Virus record (IMG/VR): IMGVR_UViG_3300037634_005573
Location: 9,906 to 73,905 of that record
Reading direction: 5' to 3' (one strand)
Source: a virus
Taxonomy: Duplodnaviria > Caudoviricetes
Length of the DNA stretch: 64,000 nucleotides
The first letter of the stretch is position 1. Each line of letters begins with the position of its first letter. Below the pieces are notes generated by a model. The model worked only from the letters and a program-made list of their open reading frames with translations, was not told where the DNA came from and made no database searches. A program made the position numbers and the translations under genes. Below, in pieces: positions 48,716 through 57,959 of this stretch.

Positions 48716-49350
48716 GAAGTCCTCGCTGTCTTTTCGTGTTTTGTAAAGTATCTTCGATCCCCTAGAGAAGCATTCTGGCTAGAATTGTAATATGAGGAAA
48801 CTTCTTCATCTTGTTTTCTTGGTTGGATAGCGTCAATTAAAGGAATCGTATTTTTAAATAAAACATAGCCGTATTCTAGGGCCCTCTTGTATACATCTGC
48901 CACCTCATCAAATTCAGGATAAATAGTATATTTCATTTGTGCTATGATCGGCCCGTCATCAATCCCAGGCGTTATTTCGTGTATTGTAATCCCATGCTCT
49001 AATTCATTGTTTTTTAAAGCCCAATTTATTGGAGAAACCCCCCTGTATTTCGGTAATGGCGAGTTGTGAATATTAATAATATTATTGCAGGACCTTATAA
49101 ACCTATCTCTAATAATTTTGTCGTAAAAAACAGACACAACAAGATCTGGTCTAGACGGCAGGTCGTTGTAATGACCAGAGCTAACAATATCTACGGTATT
49201 GTGACTAGCCCAGTCAGATAAAGATTTAGTCCAGCTAGGTTCTGGGGTGACCGGGACTACACAGACTAGCTTGTAATTTGGCGACTCCAAAAACCACTCA
49301 CATACTTTTATGGCCAAGTCTCCTTTGCCAAGAACAGTAACAGTTTTCAT
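48712..49350 (-). CDS. Sugar N-formyltransferase (formyl-THF dependent)
   Basis: INIHNSPLPKYRG, GITIH...GIDDG. Confidence 0.85.
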   Translation of the reverse strand: MKTVTVLGKGDLAIKVCEWFLESPNYKLVCVVPVTPEPSWTKSLSDWASHNTVDIVSSGHYNDLPSRPDLVVSVFYDKIIRDRFIRSCNNIINIHNSPLPKYRGVSPINWALKNNELEHGITIHEITPGIDDGPIIAQMKYTIYPEFDEVADVYKRALEYGYVLFKNTIPLIDAIQPRKQDEEVSSYYNSSQNASLGDRRYFTKHEKTARTS

Positions 49351-50198
49351 AATTTTATATCCTCTAATAATTTAGTGACCCGCTGGTCATACGTATGTTT
49401 CTCGGCTAGTTGTAACCCTGCTTTTGCAATCTCGCTAATATCGTTGTTTTGGATGTGTTTTGCCCTTTCTTTCAATTCATCAATATCTCTGTAGATAAAA
49501 CAATTTACCCCGTCTATAAAGCCTAATTCATGATATTCTGAACTATCGCTAGTTAATAAGGCTGTGCCACATCCTATGGTCTCAAAGTTTCGATAGTTGA
49601 TCGCTGAATTATTTTTCCACGACATATTCATATTAAAATGACATTTATAAGAATTAATCGCTCTTACCATCTTATCACCAATAACAAATATATCTAAATG
49701 TAAGCCGTAAGTTCCACTCATCCAGTCTAACAATGGTTTTCTATTAACATAGTTTCCGCAAAATCCCAAAACGTGCTCCTTAGGGATACCTAATGGCTTA
49801 ATAATATCTGAGTCGTAGCTATTGGGGAGCCATATGTGATGTTTCTTGGAAACAAAATCCCTGGTAGAGTGCAAAAGATAGTCATAGCGCCCCCTAACAA
49901 ACTCGTTTTCAAACATATCAAGCCCCAAACAGTGTGCGTCTATAGACCACAAAAGTTTTATTGCTTTTGTATTCGAGAGGTCGGGCAGCCAATTACCAGA
50001 GACATGAGCATAATTCTCCAAGTTAATTATTAAATCATAGTCACTAAATGTAGGCAATATATCATAATTAGAATGCCCTAGGCCCCAGACTGTGGCCGTG
50101 TGATTTAATTTTTCAAAAGACCTCTTTAGGCTATAGCACTCACGAAAATCTCTATTTTCATCATGCCTGCCATTCTCTTGAATTATTAACACATTCAT
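49347..50198 (-). CDS. Glycosyltransferase (CgeB-like GT-B C-terminal domain)
   Basis: FNMN...NYRNFETIGCGTALLT...HTYDQRV. Confidence 0.75.
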   Translation of the reverse strand: MNVLIIQENGRHDENRDFRECYSLKRSFEKLNHTATVWGLGHSNYDILPTFSDYDLIINLENYAHVSGNWLPDLSNTKAIKLLWSIDAHCLGLDMFENEFVRGRYDYLLHSTRDFVSKKHHIWLPNSYDSDIIKPLGIPKEHVLGFCGNYVNRKPLLDWMSGTYGLHLDIFVIGDKMVRAINSYKCHFNMNMSWKNNSAINYRNFETIGCGTALLTSDSSEYHELGFIDGVNCFIYRDIDELKERAKHIQNNDISEIAKAGLQLAEKHTYDQRVTKLLEDIKL

Positions 50199-51028
50199 AT
50201 TTTACTAGCCTCCTCAAGGATCATATCTTTCCAGTAGTCAAAGCTAAGATACCTTAATGTATCATTTTGTCTACATTTTGCTTGTTCTATTTCCTTTTTT
50301 AAAAAGTTTAAGTCTTTTAAGTTACTACTATTTTCTATTAATACAACAGGAAACATGTGGTGTATACTTCTATACATTGCTGGGTTAAATGTAAGCGGAA
50401 TGCGTTTTAAATATAGAGTTTCATATACGCGTAAATTATCACCATTATCATTACCTTGGGCACATAGCACTGCCTCATGGTCTAGTATGGCATCCACAAA
50501 ATTCATGTATGGTATCTCACTGAGGTATCTTTCTCGATCTGCGCGGCCACTTGGTTCCTGCCACGTAATAAAATCAGTTGTCTGTGCAATTTCTTTTATA
50601 CCCGTTCGGTGGGATGGGTTTGTGTTAACTCTAAAATTAGCATAAATAAATTTTGTTGGATCCCTTGACGGCGGGCTAGAAAGCACCCTTCTTTTCTCTT
50701 CCCCTTCTAATTCATAACCGCACCATGAGAAAGACCCTTTGTTTACAGCTTCTGAGACTTCTATCCCTCTTGGTATTGGTTGAACGAGTGGGGACCACTT
50801 GTCTAAATCAACACAACAATTCCATGAAAAAACTTTTTTAACATTTTTAGGTATCATATCCATATGGTGATTATATAGGCACATATCGCTACCAGCAAGT
50901 ATTAAAATAACGTCATGGTTTAATCTACTAATCTCAAGCGAGGCCTGGCTTAGGAAGTCAAATTTACAAAAAATTATTTTTTCGCCGTCATGCAAATCAA
51001 CAAATTTATTAAGTTGTATCGTATTCAT
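50195..51028 (-). CDS. Exostosin (GT47)-like glycosyltransferase
   Basis: LCAQGNDNGDNLRVYETLYLKRIP resembles the PxGxG..R.yEaL..G.IP motif. Confidence 0.55.
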   Translation of the reverse strand: MNTIQLNKFVDLHDGEKIIFCKFDFLSQASLEISRLNHDVILILAGSDMCLYNHHMDMIPKNVKKVFSWNCCVDLDKWSPLVQPIPRGIEVSEAVNKGSFSWCGYELEGEEKRRVLSSPPSRDPTKFIYANFRVNTNPSHRTGIKEIAQTTDFITWQEPSGRADRERYLSEIPYMNFVDAILDHEAVLCAQGNDNGDNLRVYETLYLKRIPLTFNPAMYRSIHHMFPVVLIENSSNLKDLNFLKKEIEQAKCRQNDTLRYLSFDYWKDMILEEASKI

Positions 51029-51738
51029 GAACAGTACTTCCTTTTATAATCTTGAAATTCATGTGAAAGGGCTGCCTCTATCTGGCTTGCGAGGGGAGGA
51101 TTATATCTACCTTCCCCTAATTTACAAAATTTAGAAATACCATTTTTTGATATTTCTTCAATAGATTCTAGCATCATCTTTTGCTCCAAATTATGAATTC
51201 TAATTTGAATGTCAACTAAGCTATCATCTTTATAAATTTCTATTTTTTGCTTGTCAACAAGAAGTCCACGATCAATATTGGCATCTATAATATGTGTGGT
51301 AACACCTTGTGGTGATCCCCTTAGGATCGCCCACTTTATTGTGTCCAAGCCCCTGTTATCAGGTAACAACCCAGGATGCATATTTAACACGCCCTTTGTA
51401 AAATTTTTAAAAGCTATAGGCTTTAGTATTCTAGCGCCTAAGATAACTCCTAAATCTAGTTGATAATCAATCACTAACTTCGATGTTTCTATAGAATTAT
51501 GCTTTACGACATGATAGTCTATGTTATGTGCAGTAGCCACCTCCTTCGGGTGGAACAAAAATAAACCTCTAGGGTTTGTTCGCACATTTGATCTGTGGAT
51601 ATTCAACTTCACAGGATCTGCTGCGAACACAACTTTTGGCTTCAATCCGGATAAGATAAGATTTTGTATCCCGACTTGGGTTTTCCAGTGTTTAAAGTTA
51701 TATGCAAATATACCTATATTTAATTTATTTTTAATCAT
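51025..51738 (-). CDS. Second formyltransferase-family protein
   Basis: LNMHPGLLPDNRG, GVTTH...NIDRG. Confidence 0.8.
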   Translation of the reverse strand: MIKNKLNIGIFAYNFKHWKTQVGIQNLILSGLKPKVVFAADPVKLNIHRSNVRTNPRGLFLFHPKEVATAHNIDYHVVKHNSIETSKLVIDYQLDLGVILGARILKPIAFKNFTKGVLNMHPGLLPDNRGLDTIKWAILRGSPQGVTTHIIDANIDRGLLVDKQKIEIYKDDSLVDIQIRIHNLEQKMMLESIEEISKNGISKFCKLGEGRYNPPLASQIEAALSHEFQDYKRKYCS

Positions 51739-52582
51739 GTATGCTTGTTAGCTTTATTATAGAAGATTCTAAGTGATAAGACTCTATTGATTCAGACGTA
51801 GATTTAAATAATTCACAAATCCTGTCTCCTTTCCTTGGAGGAATTTTAATAATATCTCTCTGAGGGTATAGGGAGCTTGCTATATCTAGCATATTTCTTC
51901 TTCCAACAGAGTTAACAATATATCTACCAGGACTAGATGTCATTGTGTGCATAATCAAACCTACAGACTCCTCTAATGAAATAAAATGCCTCTCACACTC
52001 AGCAACAACCTTAATGCTTTGGTCACTGGACAGGCGATCCCATATCTCAAACACATTTCCGGAAGTCTCTACGACGTTAAAATATCTTGCTACACTGCCT
52101 CCTGCGTTCAGGGCTATCTTCTCAGCTATTAACTTTGAAGCACCGTAAACAATTTCAGGATTGTTAGCTTTGCACGTCGATGCTAAAACAACTTTACAAT
52201 TTGACGGGGACGCGTCTACCATGTTCTTCATGCCAATTGTATTAATGGATAAAGTTTTCCATATTTCCCTCTCACCTAAGGGGGCATGCTTAGCACCTGC
52301 TATGTTCACTATGATTGTTGGTTTAAATTTATTTACCACAGAGAAGACATTTTGAAAATCTGTTACGTCTAAATACTCATGATCACCCACAATATCTGTT
52401 GTAAGCAACTCATCTATATAAGAACTCTGTAAGTTAATTCTAGATGTTAATGCTCTACCAATACTCCCATCTGCGCCTGTTAATAATATTCTTTCCTTCT
52501 TGGAGAATGTAATACCATACGGCTCTATAAGAATAGGAAATTGTTTTCTATTTAAAATTTTACTTACCTTATCACTTCTCAT
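51731..52582 (-). CDS. UDP-GlcNAc 4,6-dehydratase-like SDR (PseB/CapD-like, soluble)
   Basis: TGADGSIG, AGAKH, STCKA, YGASK, RYFNV...SGNV. Confidence 0.8.
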   Translation of the reverse strand: MRSDKVSKILNRKQFPILIEPYGITFSKKERILLTGADGSIGRALTSRINLQSSYIDELLTTDIVGDHEYLDVTDFQNVFSVVNKFKPTIIVNIAGAKHAPLGEREIWKTLSINTIGMKNMVDASPSNCKVVLASTCKANNPEIVYGASKLIAEKIALNAGGSVARYFNVVETSGNVFEIWDRLSSDQSIKVVAECERHFISLEESVGLIMHTMTSSPGRYIVNSVGRRNMLDIASSLYPQRDIIKIPPRKGDRICELFKSTSESIESYHLESSIIKLTSIHD

Positions 52583-53378
52583 CTATACCCTCCAACAGTG
52601 CCTGTATAAGGCCGGTAATGTACTGCTCGTTATCTTTAAAAGGCCTGGGACTGTGTAATTCCGAGTAGCCGCCTGCTTTTAATATATCTATGCTATAACC
52701 TAAACGTCCGCCTCTGTCTAGTCTTCTTGGCACCAAAACATCATGAAATAATCTTAACCGGACCACTTCCGAATCTTTATTTTTAAGATTATAATTATTG
52801 ATAATTTTTGAAGAATGTAATTCGTCTAGAGCCCAGTAATTTGATGGTAGAGTAGGGTAATCATTTCTGTAGGTGAAAACTTTTTTTACTTCTGTTTCCC
52901 AGCTATCATCTATGCCCAATATTTTTTTATAAGTGCTACCCTTTGCTATGTGCCATCCAGAGGGGTAAACATCAGGCAAAAAATTCTTATATGCATCTGC
53001 CATAGCGATAATATACTTATCGTCTGTTAGAGCTTCGGACTCTTGTAGAAAGTTAAATATTCTAGATGTTAAAGATAGCTGGTCGATGCCCATTGTTAAA
53101 CACACATCATCACTAAACATTGTCGGTCCATAGAAGAATGCCCATGTTGTAGACCAATCCATATTAGGGTCGACAATAGCACTTTTAATTGGGTCTAGGC
53201 GGTAAATCTCACCCCATTTAGTCGACAAATTGCTACTGTTTAATTCTTCCTGCGTTCCTACAAACATCAACGTAGGAACCATGTCAAATCTTCTTCTCCA
53301 AACCTCTGAGAATGGATTCCAAAAATCAGTGTACAATTTATTGTTATTAAGACAAAATATTATTCTATCTATCTTCAT
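52572..53378 (-). CDS. Hypothetical protein, possibly GT-like
   Basis: Coupled within the glycan operon; start MKIDRII preferred. Confidence 0.55.
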   Translation of the reverse strand: MKIDRIIFCLNNNKLYTDFWNPFSEVWRRRFDMVPTLMFVGTQEELNSSNLSTKWGEIYRLDPIKSAIVDPNMDWSTTWAFFYGPTMFSDDVCLTMGIDQLSLTSRIFNFLQESEALTDDKYIIAMADAYKNFLPDVYPSGWHIAKGSTYKKILGIDDSWETEVKKVFTYRNDYPTLPSNYWALDELHSSKIINNYNLKNKDSEVVRLRLFHDVLVPRRLDRGGRLGYSIDILKAGGYSELHSPRPFKDNEQYITGLIQALLEGIDEK

Positions 53379-54459
53379 CTTCGTTCCTGTTAAATGGATC
53401 ATATGCCTTTAACTTAGGTTTATTCAGCGCGTAATTAGTTAATGCAAGTTGCCAAAATTCTGTTCTATCTTTTCTTTTTGAACAAGGTACTGAGTATGAA
53501 AAGTTCTGCCCACATGTTAGGCACATTCTAGCTAACTTTTTATTACACTCGTCTAACGTAATGTCTGACAAGCTATCGAAATAATCCTCCTGATTGGCCA
53601 GCACTCTACCGGCGCCGCTACTGCATGGTCTAAAGCCAGTACGAGAAAGCTCCCAACCACATGATGCGTGCATCTGACAGTCTAAAATTATATTATTTTC
53701 TTTAACAAACCGAGACTGAGCGGGGGTCAAATTAGGTGGATAATAACCATCGAGTGGGGGGTTAGCAATGTCTTCCTCCGAACCCTGGTGCATCTTTTCT
53801 ATTTCATCAAGTCGATCAATCGGAGCTTGCCACACATTGCCAAAATCAGGTATGAACTCCGCTACCTTTTTTTCACCCGTTTTAAAATTAACAGATTCTT
53901 CAATGTATGTTTTCTCCATCGTGTCCTTAAGCGGCTTAGAACAAACTATCAGCCAGTCAGGGTGCCCAATATGGCTTAAATCAAATCCATCTGTGACTCT
54001 ATTAAGCTTCATTAAATTTGCATTCTCTATATCAAGAATTTTGCGAACCTTCTTGCCCGTGCCATTTGATATCACTTTTAAAGTCAAATCGGGCAAATAT
54101 TTTTGCTTAAGTCCCTTATTTATGGTATCTAAGATTTTAAAAAAATCATGATGTAATGTAGGCTCGCCACCGGTGATTCTTATTTCATGCCATTGCCAAT
54201 TTAGATTTTGGCTCTCCTTAACAAAATCCTCTATCTGCTGAAGAGTCATTGAGTCGCTTTTTTTAGCTGGCGCGGAGTCTATAAATTGGTCACATGAATA
54301 ACAATTCAAATTACAAATACTGTTTATTGTAATATTAATAAAATTCATTTGCTGAGGATAGGCTATAACAATGCGAGCCTGCTTTGCCTCTATGTAGGCC
54401 TTTATAAAATCGTTAACCGTGGCATCTTCCGGCAAGGTAACATTATATTTTTTTAACAT
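53365..54459 (-). CDS. Radical SAM protein with C-terminal Cys-rich region
   Basis: CNLNCYSC, ITGGEPTLH, several additional C-terminal Cys; start uncertain (54498/54480/54459). Confidence 0.85.
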   Translation of the reverse strand: MLKKYNVTLPEDATVNDFIKAYIEAKQARIVIAYPQQMNFINITINSICNLNCYSCDQFIDSAPAKKSDSMTLQQIEDFVKESQNLNWQWHEIRITGGEPTLHHDFFKILDTINKGLKQKYLPDLTLKVISNGTGKKVRKILDIENANLMKLNRVTDGFDLSHIGHPDWLIVCSKPLKDTMEKTYIEESVNFKTGEKKVAEFIPDFGNVWQAPIDRLDEIEKMHQGSEEDIANPPLDGYYPPNLTPAQSRFVKENNIILDCQMHASCGWELSRTGFRPCSSGAGRVLANQEDYFDSLSDITLDECNKKLARMCLTCGQNFSYSVPCSKRKDRTEFWQLALTNYALNKPKLKAYDPFNRNEDEDR

Positions 54460-54481
54460 ATGCCTTCTATATATTTCCATC

Positions 54482-55129
54482 TTATAACAACTCCGCATGT
54501 TCTGGGTTCAATAAATTATCATTATTATCAAAGGCTTGACCAACAAACCTTTTATTTTTTCTTGGTGTGGGGAAACTTTTCTTTTCAAAATATTCATCGT
54601 GAACCGTGCATTTATCATACACGATAGGCCATATAATTTCTCTTAAAAAATTCTGGTCCACCTGCCAGAAATCACCCTTAACATAATTTTTAATCATATC
54701 CTTCATGTCTGAAAGCAGTGGGTTTTTTACACCCCACATGCCCCCAAGTATCTGTGTCGCGTGATAAGGGTGATCTCTCATAATGTGAAATGCTTTATCG
54801 CTGGCTAGCCATTCTTGGACGGCCGACGCCTCTCTACGATCTATCCTTGAATCTGTGTCCCTGGATATCATAATAGATACGTCCGGATCAGAAGCATCCT
54901 CAAATCTCCAAAACATACCAGTCCAGTCGCCCAACTCCTTACGCAAACTTATCTCAACATTGTCTTGTTTTAGTAAATCTTTAATATAAGTCTCGGGCAC
55001 TGATTTTCCTACGTGGTATCTACAAATCCATCCTGGGTAATGCTCCATGGCTAGTTCAGCGTTACGGATAGCACCTACACAATATATTGGCTTATCGCCC
55101 CATAAACTAAAACTTATTACTTTCTTCAT
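54482..55129 (-). CDS. Putative glycosyltransferase (GT-A-like)
   Basis: ISFSLWG...WRF...SRDTDSR (DxD)...GGMWG...DQNFL. Confidence 0.6.
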   Translation of the reverse strand: MKKVISFSLWGDKPIYCVGAIRNAELAMEHYPGWICRYHVGKSVPETYIKDLLKQDNVEISLRKELGDWTGMFWRFEDASDPDVSIMISRDTDSRIDRREASAVQEWLASDKAFHIMRDHPYHATQILGGMWGVKNPLLSDMKDMIKNYVKGDFWQVDQNFLREIIWPIVYDKCTVHDEYFEKKSFPTPRKNKRFVGQAFDNNDNLLNPEHAELL

Positions 55130-55890
55130 CTTTTGAAATACTCCCCGTATTGTGTAACAGCTTTTTGGCCATACACGTCTGTGTACTCCCAGAATACTTT
55201 TTTCTCTTCTAAAAATTTATGCTTACGCTTATCCGGATCGGTTGTAAGCCCAATAGGGTTGTGGTAATATAAACCGTAAACGCCTTCAAGCATCATAAAT
55301 CTGCTGCCATTACGAACTGCTCTTAGCCACATCTCCCAGTCGCCCGCGAATTTATAATTATCATCAAAAAGTCCTGCTTTTTGATGCATAGTCCGCCTCC
55401 ACAATGGCTGACAGCCTGGTAGGCACTTAACCATTGTCTCCTTAGAGAAGGCGAATGTTGGGTATATCTGATATCCGGAAGAATTTTCATAAAACGTTTC
55501 ATGGGGCTTCTTAGTAAGAAGTGTCCGACTATATGCAAGGTCAACCTTTGGGCTATTGTCAAGGGCAAGTACAAATTTTTCTATTTGATTGTATGCCCTT
55601 CTATCGTCCACATTTGCATTTGTTAGATATTGACCAGAACTATTTTGTATAGCATGATTCCAACAGCCATAAATACCTGGGTCTTCCTCTAGGCGGTGAT
55701 AAAAGATATTACTATATTGCTCTTGATACTTGCTTATTACACTAAATTCTTTCCCAGGCGATGCCCCATCAACTATTACAAGTTCGCATTTTTCAAAATA
55801 TGTTTGTTTTATTATATCTTCTAAAAAGCTTTCTATATGATCGTCAGCATCATATATTGATGTAATGATTGAAACTTTTGGTTTATGCAT
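55126..55890 (-). CDS. Glycosyltransferase family 2
   Basis: VSIITSIY, VIVDGAS, NANVDD (DxD), AGDWEMWLR. Confidence 0.88.
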   Translation of the reverse strand: MHKPKVSIITSIYDADDHIESFLEDIIKQTYFEKCELVIVDGASPGKEFSVISKYQEQYSNIFYHRLEEDPGIYGCWNHAIQNSSGQYLTNANVDDRRAYNQIEKFVLALDNSPKVDLAYSRTLLTKKPHETFYENSSGYQIYPTFAFSKETMVKCLPGCQPLWRRTMHQKAGLFDDNYKFAGDWEMWLRAVRNGSRFMMLEGVYGLYYHNPIGLTTDPDKRKHKFLEEKKVFWEYTDVYGQKAVTQYGEYFKR

Positions 55891-56725
55891 CTAGATTCTC
55901 TAAAACAATATTTACTATTTCATTTTGCCTATAACGCATATGCTCAATTAAGTCAAGACCTTTTTTAGAAAACCAATCCTCATGGATAGCTCCGATGTTG
56001 TTGGTAGTCTTTGTCTTCATGCCCATCATCCTAGCCTCCACAACGATCCTAGAGAGTGTCTCAGGCGTCTTAGGGAAGAAAACCAGGGTAGAGTGACCAC
56101 CTAAGCTGCGCAAGAACGTAGGGGCGTCTGAGGGCGGTATAAGCGCGTACTCTAATCCGAGAGCTTCACAGTATTGTACAGCCTCATGAGTGTTCTTGTG
56201 CGGTATAGGAGAACTCATAATTGCACATGTATCAGTTTTAGATTGCTTGCTAAGTTCCTCTAATAAAGAAAAGTGTTCTTCGGGCCACAAATTACCACCT
56301 AAGTTAATGATGTTATCCAGTTCTAAATTTTTTCTAACTATCTCGGCATGAAAATTGCTCTGGCACAGCACAGCTTTCGCATTTGCATAGAATTCTCTAT
56401 TGATAATGTGCTCTTTAGGAGCCTGATAATTTTGATAAGCGTTGGGATTCCTATTAGGCAAGTACTTGTGGTCATGCTCATAAATGATATAGCCTCTGCC
56501 TTGTAGGTCTTTCCTGTTCTCTTCTGAGAGGTTCGCGAAGTTTGAAACAATAATATTCTTATTGTGCAACAAGTCAATATGATTAACTTGGTGGCTGTTG
56601 ACTCGTCGAATGCTGTGGCCCTGTTTATGTAAAATGTCTATCAACACGTCATTATTTAGTTCTCCGCCACCAGCAACCTGATCCGCAAAGAAGTCTGCTA
56701 TAAAAAGTATATCAGCCATGCTCAA
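55883..56725 (-). CDS. Glycosyltransferase (GT4-like)
   Basis: GGGE N-terminal motif, PETLSRIVVEARMMG. Confidence 0.7.
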   Translation of the reverse strand: MSMADILFIADFFADQVAGGGELNNDVLIDILHKQGHSIRRVNSHQVNHIDLLHNKNIIVSNFANLSEENRKDLQGRGYIIYEHDHKYLPNRNPNAYQNYQAPKEHIINREFYANAKAVLCQSNFHAEIVRKNLELDNIINLGGNLWPEEHFSLLEELSKQSKTDTCAIMSSPIPHKNTHEAVQYCEALGLEYALIPPSDAPTFLRSLGGHSTLVFFPKTPETLSRIVVEARMMGMKTKTTNNIGAIHEDWFSKKGLDLIEHMRYRQNEIVNIVLENLDA

Positions 56726-57959
56726 CTACGCCAGAGTTTAACTCGTCAAACCACGCGGACATGTCTACTTCCTCACCATACGCCAAGTCTGCAAAAAGTT
56801 GATGCTGCTTATTAGAATTAAACTCCTCTAAAACCCATTCTTGCAATTGTTGAGCTCTCTTCAGCCATTTGCCGCCTTTGCGGACTTGGCGAACTCTCTG
56901 TTTGAAGGATCCTTCGTGAGGAAATGCCCACATAGAATCTGCCTGGATCACGCCGTCCCACACGGCCTCTTTTTGAATCTGCTGGATATCGTAGTTGACC
57001 GGCAAGAAGCAAGAAGTTTTGTCTTTGACGAGAAAGTCCAAATGTCCGGACCACTCTGGCGCGATGATGGGCTTCCCGACTTGCGCGAACTCAAAGAGGG
57101 GCAAGCCGAAGCCCTCTCCGTGGGTTGTCGTGGCCATACAAGAGATTTTTGGATGGTGATATAGGGCAGACATCTCGGCCTCGGTGAGATCGCCGTGGAG
57201 CAAATATACTTTACACTTTCTGTCTTCCTTGTCCAGTTCTAGCGAATCGGTGACATACTTAAGACGGTTTTTGGTGTATTCTCTGTCCATAATGTTGTTT
57301 CTTCTATGGCTAGTCTTGATTACCAAGCCAACCTCCTGATCCCAACACTCTTCCAACCACCAACGAATAAGGTTGTCCAGATTCTTTCTCGGTCCCCATT
57401 GGCCGACGGCGAGATAGTTGAAGTCATATTCCAACTCCAAGTTGAACTCAGGATCTGGCTCTATATTGCGCGCTGGATATCCGACAACCTCTACTGGGGT
57501 TGTTAATTCAAGATGAACCGGATTGCCGTGCTGATCTTGGCCATCATAAGCCGTATTCTCAAATCCCCACTTTGAATGTTCGGACACGACGATGACTTTA
57601 TCCATCTCATTTGCTTTTTCGAGCCAGCCGGGTGAGACCTTCGTTGTTTCGATGCCGGCGCAGACTCCGATGTTGATAGGTGCGAGGCGCTCCCATTCAT
57701 TTGGGATCGCGATTTGAATTGATATATCAAACGGAAGCTTCTGCGCTAGATATTGTTGAGTTTTGAGAATCTGGGCGTCGGTCCAGGTGCGGAACTCATT
57801 TTGCTCGAAGATCCAGCCGGTTTGGCCCCATCCGGTTGGGATGATGAAAATATCAAATAGATCTTCTCTGGAGCGTAGGGCTCGTAGAACCATCCGGGCG
57901 TGTTCGCCATAACCAGACTGTGTGAGGCAGGGGCCTCTAACTATAACACTCTTTCTCAC
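56712..57959 (-). CDS. Glycosyltransferase family 4
   Basis: SGYG, RKNL, HGEGFGLPLFEFA. Confidence 0.88.
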   Translation of the reverse strand: MRKSVIVRGPCLTQSGYGEHARMVLRALRSREDLFDIFIIPTGWGQTGWIFEQNEFRTWTDAQILKTQQYLAQKLPFDISIQIAIPNEWERLAPINIGVCAGIETTKVSPGWLEKANEMDKVIVVSEHSKWGFENTAYDGQDQHGNPVHLELTTPVEVVGYPARNIEPDPEFNLELEYDFNYLAVGQWGPRKNLDNLIRWWLEECWDQEVGLVIKTSHRRNNIMDREYTKNRLKYVTDSLELDKEDRKCKVYLLHGDLTEAEMSALYHHPKISCMATTTHGEGFGLPLFEFAQVGKPIIAPEWSGHLDFLVKDKTSCFLPVNYDIQQIQKEAVWDGVIQADSMWAFPHEGSFKQRVRQVRKGGKWLKRAQQLQEWVLEEFNSNKQHQLFADLAYGEEVDMSAWFDELNSGVVEHG

